A stretch of DNA of 64,000 bases from Escherichia coli (GTDB lineage: Bacteria > Pseudomonadota > Gammaproteobacteria > Enterobacterales > Enterobacteriaceae). Shown here piece after piece: positions 41,648 to 51,950 of the stretch. Below the pieces are notes generated by a model, which searched no databases, was not told where the DNA came from, and was given only the letters and a program-made list of their open reading frames with translations. Position 1 is the stretch's first letter; each line of letters begins with the position of its first letter. The DNA lies in assembly GCF_009931435.1 (NCBI RefSeq), contig NZ_CP043414.1. One strand, 5' to 3'. The position numbers and the translations under genes are program-made.

Positions 41648-41821
41648 CTATAGCCCCATCAGGCGACGCCACCACGGACGGCGCGGTTGCTGACCATTGA
41701 ATTTGTACATATGACTTGGATTCCAGCGCTGACCAGTTGGCAGTTCGATCCAGCCAGTGGAACCGCTTGGCAGCTGCATAGCCGGTGATTCATTTTTCAG
41801 ATAAGTGACGAACACTTTCAT
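41648..41821 (-). CDS. Hypothetical small phage protein (57 aa, MKVFVTYLKNESPAMQLPSG...)
   Basis: Below ORF-track cutoff; ATG 41819-41821 with gagggag RBS 10 nt after CII-like stop. Confidence 0.35.
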   Translation of the reverse strand: MKVFVTYLKNESPAMQLPSGSTGWIELPTGQRWNPSHMYKFNGQQPRRPWWRRLMGL

Positions 41822-41830
41822 GGTGCTCCC

Positions 41831-42334
41831 TCACATCAAGCCGGTCGCATTAGCCGTAACCAGATCCACCGCTGCGGCCAGAACGGGCGCAGACTGGATA
41901 CGGCTTTCAACGGTATAAGCCAGCACGGATAAGCTGCGGATGGCATCGCGAGCGCGATCCAGAATTTGTGTACGGCGGGCGGCGGTCATATGACCAGTTG
42001 ATACGGCTTCCCCAGCAATTGCACCCACACAGGCTGTGGCACTTAGTGCACACAACTGCATGTTGCCTTCTGTGGCATTGTTCACCGGTACGGATGGGAG
42101 ACAGTTAATCTGCCCCAGCATTCCATCCAGTAAACGTGCATCTTCGGTGTAATCCGTAATAGCTAAAAGCTCGTCACAGGTTAAACGGTGCGGCTGTGCT
42201 GGATTCAATTTGTTACGCAGAATCTGCGGCCTCATACCAACGGCAGCGGCTACATCTTCCAGATTGTGTTCAATTGCAAATGCTCGGCAAGCCGCATCAA
42301 AGTGAGCATGTTTAGAGGTCTGGTAATCAAACAT
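41831..42334 (-). CDS. CII-like phage regulatory protein (186 CII / CP76-type)
   Basis: 167 aa, position immediately downstream of apl/cox-like gene as in 186. Confidence 0.45.
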   Translation of the reverse strand: MFDYQTSKHAHFDAACRAFAIEHNLEDVAAAVGMRPQILRNKLNPAQPHRLTCDELLAITDYTEDARLLDGMLGQINCLPSVPVNNATEGNMQLCALSATACVGAIAGEAVSTGHMTAARRTQILDRARDAIRSLSVLAYTVESRIQSAPVLAAAVDLVTANATGLM

Positions 42335-42364
42335 TGTTTGCCTCTCCCTAATCCGTAGGATGGA

Positions 42365-42619
42365 TTACGCGTTAAGCGAAATATCACATTCGCTTAACGC
42401 CTGAATGGTAAGCGCGGCCATGTTGACTTCGACCAGGCCTTTCTTTTGCTTACCCTTCGGCTTGATAGGTAATTTTCCGTATTCGATCAGGTTCCTAGCG
42501 GTTTCTTTGTTAGTACCAGTACGGCGGCAATACTCGTCTAGAGGCAGGTATGGTTCTGGGATGATGATTGTAATGTTTGGACGCATAAGGCAAACTCCAC
42601 AAGTTAACCTGTACGGCAA
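42365..42619 (-). CDS. Apl/Cox-like or Cro-like small DNA-binding switch protein
   Basis: 84-aa ORF (alt start MRPNITIII at 42586) divergent from CI-like repressor gene. Confidence 0.4.
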   Translation of the reverse strand: MPYRLTCGVCLMRPNITIIIPEPYLPLDEYCRRTGTNKETARNLIEYGKLPIKPKGKQKKGLVEVNMAALTIQALSECDISLNA

Positions 42620-42721
42620 TACAGGGTTATATAAGGCTGCATTCGAAATGTGGAGCCAGATTAATTCGCGTTTCGAGAAGTGTCAATCACAATTTCTCGA
42701 ATCGAGATTTATGGATTCGTT
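42620..42721. promoter_or_regulatory. Lysis-lysogeny switch region with operator-like inverted repeats
   Basis: TTCGAGAA-N14-TTCTCGAA perfect 8-bp inverted repeat (about 42671-42700) and CGAAAtg...cgTTTCG, between divergent regulators. Confidence 0.4.
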
Positions 42722-43303
42722 ATGAGCACATTCAAAATTGACCTGAACGTTGACAGCACCCCGATTCTGGATCGGGTGATCGAGGCTTACGGATTTACGC
42801 AGAAGTTACAGCTAGCAGAACATCTGGACATGGCTGCCAGTTCTCTATCATCACGCTATAAACGTGGAGTTTTCCCAGCTGATATCGTCGTTAAATGTGT
42901 TGCTGAAACAGGCGCTAACCTGGAATGGCTAGCTACTGGTCACGGCCCCAAATTTAATGATGAAGAATTAGACATTCTCAGAATTCCACGCAGCAAGATC
43001 GTTGATGGCCAGCTTTACGACTCAGGCACTCTTATGCTTGATAAAGTCACTTTCCTACCAGGTAAATCACTACCACAACAGCCGTTATGCGTTTTGGATG
43101 GTCTTGTACAGTACATCGTTGACCAGTCTTACTCTGAAGTTTATGACGACGATTGGCTGGTTGAAGTAGAAGGAAAAATTAGCATTCGTACACTGACAAG
43201 AATTCCAGTACGCAAAGTAAGAGTTAGTGGCGTGGGCATGGCTTTTGATTGTGGCATCGACGACATAAAAATCATTGGCCGCGTAGTTCTGACGATTAAA
43301 TAA
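42722..43303 (+). CDS. CI-like prophage repressor (186 CI-type)
   Basis: Track ORF starts at GTG 42680; ATG 42722 gives 193 aa (MSTFKIDLNV...); int immediately downstream. Confidence 0.55.
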   Translation: MSTFKIDLNVDSTPILDRVIEAYGFTQKLQLAEHLDMAASSLSSRYKRGVFPADIVVKCVAETGANLEWLATGHGPKFNDEELDILRIPRSKIVDGQLYDSGTLMLDKVTFLPGKSLPQQPLCVLDGLVQYIVDQSYSEVYDDDWLVEVEGKISIRTLTRIPVRKVRVSGVGMAFDCGIDDIKIIGRVVLTIK

Positions 43304-43304
43304 A

Positions 43305-44360
43305 ATGAGTGTTCGTAAACTTCCTACTGGCGAATGGATCGCCGACTTCTACACCGTCAACCGCAGCAATGGTAAAAACGGGAAGCGTATACGTAAAAAA
43401 TTTGCCACTAAGGGAGAAGCCCTGGCATTTGAGAATCACACGCTTCAAAAGGTAGATAGTGCGCCGTGGTTAGGTGAAGGGAAAGATAAACGAACATTAA
43501 TCGACCTGATTACAATGTGGTACGAGCGCCACGGCGTTGCCCTACGCAATGGTAAAAAGCGTAAAGACGCAATGACCTGGGCGGCGGAGTGTATGGGTTT
43601 TCCGCTGGCCACTGAGTTTAATGCCCAGCTGTTTACAGCATACCGTGCAAAAAGGCTTGAAGGGCATTATGCCCGTACTAACCGTGTTTCTAAGGTTTCA
43701 CCTAAAACAATGAACCTTGAACACGCATATTTTCTGGCTATGTTCAATGAACTGAAACGGATCGGTGAGTGGTCAGCCCCTAACCCACTGGAGAACGTCA
43801 GACAGTACCGTACAGATGAAACTGAAATGGCATTTCTCACTGCTGAGGAAATTGATCGGCTTTTGCTGGAATGCAAACGCAGTAAAGTAAGTTATTTAGA
43901 GTTAGTCGTAAAAATCTGTCTGGCGACTGGCGCAAGATGGAATGAAGCGGCAACACTCAAAAGTTCCCAGATAGCCGGCGGAAAAGTCACCTTCATAAAA
44001 ACAAAAGGGAAAAGGAACCGTTCCATTCCGTTAGATGATGAACTGCTGGCTGAACTACCCGAAACAAAAGGCGCTCTGTTTCCAAAGCCCTGCTATAACG
44101 CTTTCCGTTCCGCTCTGGAACGTGCTGGCATTGAACTACCAGCAGGTCAGCTTACCCACGTACTACGCCATACATTTGCCAGCCACTTTATGATGAACAG
44201 CGGCAACATTCTGGTTCTCCAAAAAATCCTCGGCCATGCCGATATCACTATGACAATGCGGTATGCGCATTTCGCCCCAAGCCACCTTGAAGACGCTGTG
44301 CGACTTAATCCCTTAAAATGCCGCAGCAGCTTAGAAATACTGTCGAGTACCAAAACATAA
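43305..44360 (+). CDS. int: Tyrosine-type phage integrase
   Basis: 351 aa; C-terminal catalytic region HVLRHTFASH...LGHADITMTMRYAHF (R, HxxR, Y). Confidence 0.85.
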   Translation: MSVRKLPTGEWIADFYTVNRSNGKNGKRIRKKFATKGEALAFENHTLQKVDSAPWLGEGKDKRTLIDLITMWYERHGVALRNGKKRKDAMTWAAECMGFPLATEFNAQLFTAYRAKRLEGHYARTNRVSKVSPKTMNLEHAYFLAMFNELKRIGEWSAPNPLENVRQYRTDETEMAFLTAEEIDRLLLECKRSKVSYLELVVKICLATGARWNEAATLKSSQIAGGKVTFIKTKGKRNRSIPLDDELLAELPETKGALFPKPCYNAFRSALERAGIELPAGQLTHVLRHTFASHFMMNSGNILVLQKILGHADITMTMRYAHFAPSHLEDAVRLNPLKCRSSLEILSSTKT

Positions 44361-44380
44361 ACAACAAAGATAAAAGGTCT

Positions 44381-44962
44381 CTAACCTGTTTTCAGCAACA
44401 ACCACTGGAGGAAAACAACAACAATGTAGATTAAAGTTACAGACCCCAGAAACAGCAATAGTTGACAAAAATGAATAAAGGCCGGATGGTGAAGTTTTTG
44501 AGGAACCAAGGTTATATTTCGTGCAATTCCTTCTTTACATCTCACTGTGAGCAACGCGGGTAAGTCAGTATTTATCGACATAACCTCACATCGTATAGAT
44601 TCATGTGGTGCAAGATAATCAAACAACATAACCTGCCTTTCTTCGGCATCACTCTTAATTGTGTAATGCCTTGAGGGCCAAATGTTTACGTACATAGGTG
44701 GGTAATTGAAAATTATCTCCACATTAGTAGCAGGTTCTTTTCCTTCGTTTTTAAAGGCATAGGATTTTGTATGCACCACCTGTTTTGCCTTAACAATTTC
44801 ACCTTCAGCATTACGTAACGGCTCGTTAATTAAATAGCTATATTGGTGAAGCTCTCCATAGCAAATTTTCGCTCCATTTTTAAAAATCTTATTGATAAAT
44901 AAGGTAAAAACAGGAACGAAAAGTGCAAATATTTCTTTCCCATACTGAGTAAGTATATTCAT
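44381..44962 (-). CDS. Hypothetical 193-aa protein with C-terminal TM helix; orphan cargo adjacent to int
   Basis: ORF track; A/T-rich; hydrophobic C-terminus AFIHFCQLLLFLGSVTLIYIVVVFLQWLLL; convergent with int; weak RBS. Confidence 0.4.
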   Translation of the reverse strand: MNILTQYGKEIFALFVPVFTLFINKIFKNGAKICYGELHQYSYLINEPLRNAEGEIVKAKQVVHTKSYAFKNEGKEPATNVEIIFNYPPMYVNIWPSRHYTIKSDAEERQVMLFDYLAPHESIRCEVMSINTDLPALLTVRCKEGIARNITLVPQKLHHPAFIHFCQLLLFLGSVTLIYIVVVFLQWLLLKTG

Positions 44963-45104
44963 TACTTGTCCACAAAAAGTTGAAATGGTTACCCACCGTG
45001 TTCCTAAAGCAGTCGTTCACCCTACTCTAGTTCTTAGAATAGAAATTCTACATAACTTCAAGCAGCTAACTCAACATAACAATTGAAAAGGTAATCACTC
45101 TGTA

Positions 45105-45260
45105 AGCGTACCCATTTTAATTTCAGCCGCTTTCTGGCTTGCAGCCGCTACCCCCGCATTGCGCGGTGCATTTCGCCCCAAGCTACCTTGAAGAAGCTGT
45201 ACGCTTAACCCCTTAAAATGTCGCAAAATTGTCGCGACAGCTTAGAAACACTGCCGAATA
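45105..45260. pseudogene. Fossil fragments of a related element: dam-like 3' end (minus sense) fused to int-like 3' end (plus sense)
   Basis: 45121-45180 about 75 percent identical to dam 3' region 39703-39760; 45168-45260 about 90 percent identical to int 3' end 44268-44350 but with 1-nt deletion and ~11-nt insertion. Confidence 0.5.
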
Positions 45261-45327
45261 CTCACGAATATTAACTAACGTAACTTATTGATAACACTGT
45301 AAGTTACTGTTTTTCGTAGATAGTTAA

Positions 45328-45354
45328 TGCTTTATAATATAGCCTGTGCTATAT
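45328..45354. promoter_or_regulatory. Right junction repeat containing MntR box (ATAGC-N4-GCTAT) upstream of mntS
   Basis: tgctttataatatagcctgtgctatat; palindrome ATAGCctgtGCTAT matches MntR operator architecture; 22/27 identical to 14521-14547. Confidence 0.5.
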
Positions 45355-45412
45355 CTGTATGTAATGCAATCATCCCTCAAGGATCGACGGGATTAGCAAG
45401 TCAGGAGGTCTT

Positions 45413-45541
45413 ATGAATGAGTTCAAGAGGTGTATGCGCGTGTTTAGTCATTCTCCCTTTAAAGTACGGTTAATGCTGCTCTCTATGTTGTGCGATATGG
45501 TCAACAACAAACCGCAGCAAGATAAACCTTCCGATAAATAG
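45413..45541 (+). CDS. mntS: Small protein MntS (manganese homeostasis)
   Basis: 42-aa ORF MNEFKRCMRVFSHSPFKVRLMLLSMLCDMVNNKPQQDKPSDK with strong aggagg RBS; below ORF-track cutoff. Confidence 0.8.
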   Translation: MNEFKRCMRVFSHSPFKVRLMLLSMLCDMVNNKPQQDKPSDK

Positions 45542-45812
45542 CGGCGTCGCGGTACGCCGCTTCACTCCTGCTTTTATGCAGGCACAACGCGTTTTGCTCT
45601 GAAAAACCCCACTTTTTGTCGGATTTGCAATCCCCTTCGCAAAAGATTTGTTCGTCAGTAGTTGACCTGAACGGCAGCTCGCTCTATCTTCTTGCAGCCC
45701 TGCGTATATTGCGGCTCGCGGATGCGGACCCTTTTCCCCTCTTCACGCACTCTTGCAGGTATTGACCCTTGACGCCAGGGTAAGCACATGGCGTTTGTTA
45801 CGATAGTGGCAT

Positions 45813-47396
45813 ATGAATTTAACCCTCAAAGAATCGCTTGTTACCCGTAGCCGGGTATTTAGCCCGTGGACTGCGTTCTACTTTTTACAGTCGCTATTAA
45901 TTAACCTCGGCTTAGGTTACCCCTTCAGTTTGCTATACACCGCCGCATTTACGGCTATTTTGCTTTTGCTATGGCGAACATTGCCTCGCGTGCAAAAAGT
46001 TCTGCTCGGCGTCAGTTCACTGGTCGCCGCTTGTTATTTCCCTTTTGCACAGGCCTACGGCGCGCCTAACTTCAATACCTTGCTGGCATTGCATTCCACC
46101 AATATGGAAGAGTCGACCGAAATCCTGACGATTTTTCCGTGGTACAGCTACCTGGTCGGCTTATTTATTTTTGCGCTCGGCGTAATAGCAATCAGGCGGA
46201 AAAAAGAGAGCGAAAAAGCGCGCTGGAATACCTTCGACAGTCTGTGTCTGGTATTCAGTGTGGCGACATTTTTTGTTGCTCCCGTGCAAAATCTGGCCTG
46301 GGGCGGCGTATTTAAACTGAAAGATACTGGCTATCCGGTATTTCGTTTTGCTAAGGATGTCATCGTCAATAATAACGAGGTGATTGAAGAGCAAGAACGG
46401 ATGGCAAAACTTTCCGGAATGAAAGATACCTGGACGGTCACTGCCGTTAAGCCGAAATATCAGACCTATGTGGTGGTGATCGGTGAAAGTGCGCGTCGCG
46501 ATGCCCTCGGTGCCTTTGGCGGTCACTGGGATAATACCCCGTTTGCCAGCAGCGTTAACGGTTTGCTTTTTGCTGACTATATTGCCGCCAGTGGCTCCAC
46601 GCAGAAATCGCTTGGCTTAACACTCAATCGCGTAGTCGATGGCAAACCACAGTTTCAAGATAACTTTGTCACCCTGGCAAATCGCGCGGGCTTCCAGACC
46701 TGGTGGTTTTCCAACCAGGGTCAAATCGGCGAATACGATACCGCTATCGCCAGCATCGCCAAACGGGCAGATGAAGTGTACTTCCTGAAAGAAGGTAATT
46801 TTGAAGCAGATAAAAACACGAAAGACGAAGCGTTACTGGATATGACCGCTCAAGTGCTGGCACAAGAGCACTCGCAACCGCAGCTGATTGTTCTACATCT
46901 GATGGGCTCACATCCACAGGCCTGCGACCGGACACAAGGCAAATACGAAACCTTTGTGCAATCGAAAGAAACGTCGTGCTATCTCTATACCATGACGCAA
47001 ACGGACGATTTACTGCGTAAGCTGTACGATCAGTTACGCAACAGCGGCAGCAGCTTCTCGCTGGTTTACTTTTCTGACCACGGTCTGGCCTTTAAAGAGC
47101 GCGGCAAAGACGTGCAATACCTTGCCCATGATGATAAATATCAGCAGAATTTCCAGGTGCCTTTTATGGTCATTTCGAGCGACGATAAAGCGCATCGGGT
47201 GATTAAAGCCCGCCGCTCTGCCAATGACTTCTTAGGCTTTTTCTCCCAGTGGACGGGAATTAAAGCGAAGGAAATTAACATCAAATACCCGTTTATCTCT
47301 GAGAAGAAAGCCGGGCCGATATATATCACCAACTTCCAGTTACAGAAGGTAGATTACAACCATCTCGGAACCGATATTTTCGACCCGAAACCTTAA
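45813..47396 (+). CDS. opgE: Phosphoethanolamine transferase OpgE (YbiP)
   Basis: 527 aa, N-terminal TM helices plus sulfatase-like domain; syntenic. Confidence 0.85.
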   Translation: MNLTLKESLVTRSRVFSPWTAFYFLQSLLINLGLGYPFSLLYTAAFTAILLLLWRTLPRVQKVLLGVSSLVAACYFPFAQAYGAPNFNTLLALHSTNMEESTEILTIFPWYSYLVGLFIFALGVIAIRRKKESEKARWNTFDSLCLVFSVATFFVAPVQNLAWGGVFKLKDTGYPVFRFAKDVIVNNNEVIEEQERMAKLSGMKDTWTVTAVKPKYQTYVVVIGESARRDALGAFGGHWDNTPFASSVNGLLFADYIAASGSTQKSLGLTLNRVVDGKPQFQDNFVTLANRAGFQTWWFSNQGQIGEYDTAIASIAKRADEVYFLKEGNFEADKNTKDEALLDMTAQVLAQEHSQPQLIVLHLMGSHPQACDRTQGKYETFVQSKETSCYLYTMTQTDDLLRKLYDQLRNSGSSFSLVYFSDHGLAFKERGKDVQYLAHDDKYQQNFQVPFMVISSDDKAHRVIKARRSANDFLGFFSQWTGIKAKEINIKYPFISEKKAGPIYITNFQLQKVDYNHLGTDIFDPKP

Positions 47397-47432
47397 AAAC
47401 AAAAATCCGCCCCGAGAGGCGGATTTTTTATA
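47397..47432. terminator. Bidirectional terminator between convergent opgE and ompX
   Basis: aaaaatccgccccgagaggcggatttttta: GC hairpin flanked by A-run and T-run. Confidence 0.65.
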
Positions 47433-47444
47433 TCACCGAAGTGA

Positions 47445-47960
47445 TTAGAAGCGGTAACCAACACCGGCAATCCAGGTGCCTACGTCAACGCTACGAATAC
47501 GGCTCTGCTCGTAAGAGAAGTCCAGAGCAACGTTTTCCATCGGGTTAAACTGCAGACCTGCACCGTAGGAGAAACCGTAGTCGCTGGTGTCGTGTTTGTA
47601 GGTCGGGTATTCAGTGGTCTGGAATTTACCGTAACCCACACCCACTACACCGTAGATGCTTGCCCAGTCGTTAATGCGGTAAGCCGGACCAGCAGTGATG
47701 CCGTAGTACTGGTTTTTGTTGTAGTCACCAGAGCTTGCAGTACGGCTTTTCTCGGTGTAAGTGAAAGAACCGATCACACCCAGCGGGCTGTTGTCTTCTT
47801 CATAGCGGTATTTCAGGTTGAAACCGCCCATTTTGTTCATTTGGCCCTGAGCGTCGCTCTGTGCGTAACCGCCAGTTACGGTAGAAGTCGCAGCTACGGA
47901 AGTACCTGCGGTGAAAGCCAGAACTGCGGCCAGTGCTGAAAGACATGCAATTTTTTTCAT
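47445..47960 (-). CDS. ompX: Outer membrane protein X
   Basis: Start at ATG 47958-47960 (MKKIACLSALAAVLAFTAGTSVA...), 171 aa; C-terminal aromatic residue. Confidence 0.9.
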   Translation of the reverse strand: MKKIACLSALAAVLAFTAGTSVAATSTVTGGYAQSDAQGQMNKMGGFNLKYRYEEDNSPLGVIGSFTYTEKSRTASSGDYNKNQYYGITAGPAYRINDWASIYGVVGVGYGKFQTTEYPTYKHDTSDYGFSYGAGLQFNPMENVALDFSYEQSRIRSVDVGTWIAGVGYRF

Positions 47961-48312
47961 AACCACCTCAAATGTGATTCAAATAAGTCCTAAGTTTTAA
48001 ATATATCAAAAATTAATGGGAAACTCTTCGCGATTTATGATGTCTAACGGGCCATTTCATGTAACAGAACGTTTCCATACACCGCTATCCATCTAAATTT
48101 AAATCACTTTTTCAGAGAACTGCGTAAGTATTACGCATGTATTCCCTGTCATTCATCCAGATTATTCCTAATCACCAGACTAATGATTCCATCAATCCTG
48201 GCGCATTTTAGTCAAAACGGGGGAAAATTTTTTCAACAAATGCTCAACCAGCATTGGGTATATCCAGTACACTCCACGCTTTACTTAGGTTTAGATATTT
48301 GTGGGAGAAAGG

Positions 48313-49200
48313 ATGCCTGGTTCATTACGTAAAATGCCGGTCTGGTTACCAATAGTCATATTGCTCGTTGCCATGGCGTCTATTCAGGGTGGAGCCTCGT
48401 TAGCTAAGTCACTTTTTCCTCTGGTGGGTGCACCGGGTGTCACTGCGCTGCGTCTGGCATTAGGAACGCTGATCCTCATCGCGTTCTTTAAGCCATGGCG
48501 ACTGCGCTTTGCCAAAGAGCAACGATTACCGCTGTTGTTTTACGGCGTTTCGCTGGGTGGGATGAATTATCTTTTTTATCTTTCTATTCAAACGGTCCCA
48601 CTGGGTATTGCGGTGGCGCTTGAGTTCACCGGACCACTGGCGGTGGCGCTGTTCTCTTCTCGTCGCCCGGTAGATTTCGTCTGGGTTGTGCTGGCGGTTC
48701 TTGGTCTGTGGTTCCTGCTACCGCTGGGGCAAGACGTTTCCCATGTCGATTTAACCGGCTGTGCGCTGGCACTGGGAGCAGGGGCTTGTTGGGCTATTTA
48801 CATTTTAAGTGGGCAACGCGCAGGAGCGGAACATGGCCCTGCGACGGTGGCAATTGGTTCGTTGATTGCAGCGTTAATTTTCGTGCCAATTGGAGCGCTT
48901 CAGGCTGGTGAAGCACTCTGGCACTGGTCGGTTATTCCATTGGGTCTGGCGGTCGCTATTCTCTCGACCGCTCTGCCTTATTCGCTGGAAATGATTGCCC
49001 TCACCCATTTGCCAACACGGACATTTGGTACGCTGATGAGCATGGAACCGGCGCTGGCTGCCGTTTCCGGGATGATTTTCCTCGGAGAAACATTGACACC
49101 CATACAGCTGCTGGCGCTCGGCGCTATCATCGCCGCTTCAATGGGTTCTACGCTGACAGTACGCAAAGAGAGCAAAATAAAAGAATTAGACATTAATTAA
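48313..49200 (+). CDS. rhtA: Threonine/homoserine exporter RhtA (DMT family)
   Basis: Start at ATG 48313 (MPGSLRKMPVWLPIV...), 295 aa, 10-TM permease. Confidence 0.85.
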   Translation: MPGSLRKMPVWLPIVILLVAMASIQGGASLAKSLFPLVGAPGVTALRLALGTLILIAFFKPWRLRFAKEQRLPLLFYGVSLGGMNYLFYLSIQTVPLGIAVALEFTGPLAVALFSSRRPVDFVWVVLAVLGLWFLLPLGQDVSHVDLTGCALALGAGACWAIYILSGQRAGAEHGPATVAIGSLIAALIFVPIGALQAGEALWHWSVIPLGLAVAILSTALPYSLEMIALTHLPTRTFGTLMSMEPALAAVSGMIFLGETLTPIQLLALGAIIAASMGSTLTVRKESKIKELDIN

Positions 49201-49354
49201 ATTTACATTTCTGCATGGTTATGCATAACCATGCAGAATTTCTCGCTACTTTTCCTCCACACCGTCTTTATATATCGAATTATGCAAAAGCATATTTATT
49301 CCGAAAATTCCTGGCGAGCCAATAAATAAGAATTGTTCTTATCAATATATCTAA

Positions 49355-50002
<648 letters not shown>

Positions 50003-50209
50003 ATCCATCGCTGATGGTGCAGAAATTTAGTAAACGATAACAGCGGCTTCCTGACAGGAGGCCGTTTTGTTTTGCAATCCGCCTCAACGCACTTATTTAG
50101 TGCATCCATCCGCTGTCCGCGACCATCAAAGTAAATTTTTTGTATCCACATCATCACACAATCGTTACATAAAGATTGTTTTTTCATCAGGTTTTACGCT
50201 AAATAATCA

Positions 50210-50352
50210 CTGTGTTGAGTGCACAATTTTAGCGCACCAGTTTGGTGCCCCAGAATGGTGCATCTTCAGGGTATTGCCCTATAAATCGTGCATTACGTTT
50301 TTACCGCATCTCGATAAATCAATGAGTTGCAAAACTGGCACGATTTTTTCAT
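50210..50352 (+). promoter_or_regulatory. glnHPQ regulatory region: NtrC enhancer sites and sigma54 promoter
   Basis: GCACCA-gtt-TGGTGC dyads around 50215-50262 (NtrC-like) and TGGCAC-N5-TTTCA at 50337-50352 (-24/-12 sigma54 element). Confidence 0.5.
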
Positions 50353-50390
50353 ATATGTGAATGTCACGCAGGGGATCGTCCCGTGGATAG

Positions 50391-51152
<762 letters not shown>

Positions 51153-51290
51153 TAATGCTACGCCTGTAAAGCGCACTGGCAGTTCCCTCTCCCCTCTGGG
51201 GAGAGGATTAGGGTGAGGGGCGCAAACCCGCTCCGGGGCCGTTAATTACCCTGAATTTGATTATTTACACCACGGTAACAGGAACAACAT

Positions 51291-51950
51291 ATGCAGTTTG
51301 ACTGGAGTGCCATCTGGCCTGCCATTCCGCTTCTGATTGAAGGTGCCAAAATGACCCTGTGGATTTCTGTCCTCGGTCTGGCTGGCGGCCTGGTGATCGG
51401 ATTGCTGGCAGGTTTTGCACGCACCTTCGGTGGTTGGATATCCAACCACGTCGCGCTGGTCTTTATTGAAGTGATCCGCGGCACACCTATCGTCGTCCAG
51501 GTGATGTTTATCTACTTCGCCCTGCCGATGGCGTTTAACGACTTACGCATCGACCCATTTACTGCGGCGGTGGTCACCATCATGATCAACTCCGGCGCAT
51601 ACATTGCGGAAATCACGCGTGGTGCGGTGCTGTCTATCCACAAAGGTTTCCGTGAAGCAGGACTGGCGCTCGGTCTTTCACGTTGGGAAACCATTCGCTA
51701 CGTCATTTTACCGCTGGCACTGCGTCGTATGCTGCCGCCGCTGGGTAACCAGTGGATCATCAGCATTAAAGACACCTCGCTGTTTATTGTTATCGGCGTG
51801 GCGGAACTGACCCGTCAGGGGCAAGAAATTATTGCCGGTAATTTCCGCGCCCTTGAGATCTGGAGCGCCGTGGCGGTGTTCTATCTGATTATTACCCTGG
51901 TGCTGAGCTTTATTCTGCGTCGTCTGGAAAGAAGGATGAAAATCCTGTGA
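51291..51950 (+). CDS. glnP: Glutamine ABC transporter permease
   Basis: 219 aa polar amino-acid ABC permease. Confidence 0.9.
   Translation: MQFDWSAIWPAIPLLIEGAKMTLWISVLGLAGGLVIGLLAGFARTFGGWISNHVALVFIEVIRGTPIVVQVMFIYFALPMAFNDLRIDPFTAAVVTIMINSGAYIAEITRGAVLSIHKGFREAGLALGLSRWETIRYVILPLALRRMLPPLGNQWIISIKDTSLFIVIGVAELTRQGQEIIAGNFRALEIWSAVAVFYLIITLVLSFILRRLERRMKIL

Larger units (their letters stand above)
14548..45327. mobile_element. Integrated P2/186-like (peduovirus-type) myovirus prophage with A/T-rich cargo at both ends, inserted between mntR and mntS
   Basis: Tyrosine integrase, CI/Apl/CII-like switch, gpA-like replication gene, P2-type head module (Q,P / O,N,M,L order and sizes), contractile tail genes, lysis cassette; interrupts otherwise K-12-syntenic mntR-mntS interval; flanking 27-bp imperfect direct repeats. 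Prophage identity is firm; exact ends are not. Confidence 0.8.

Noticed and set aside
51160-51240. Inverted-repeat element cctctcccctctggggagagg plus G-rich tail between glnH and glnP
   Set aside because: Best explained as the known type of intergenic mRNA stem-loop between glnH and glnP rather than a mobile or novel element.
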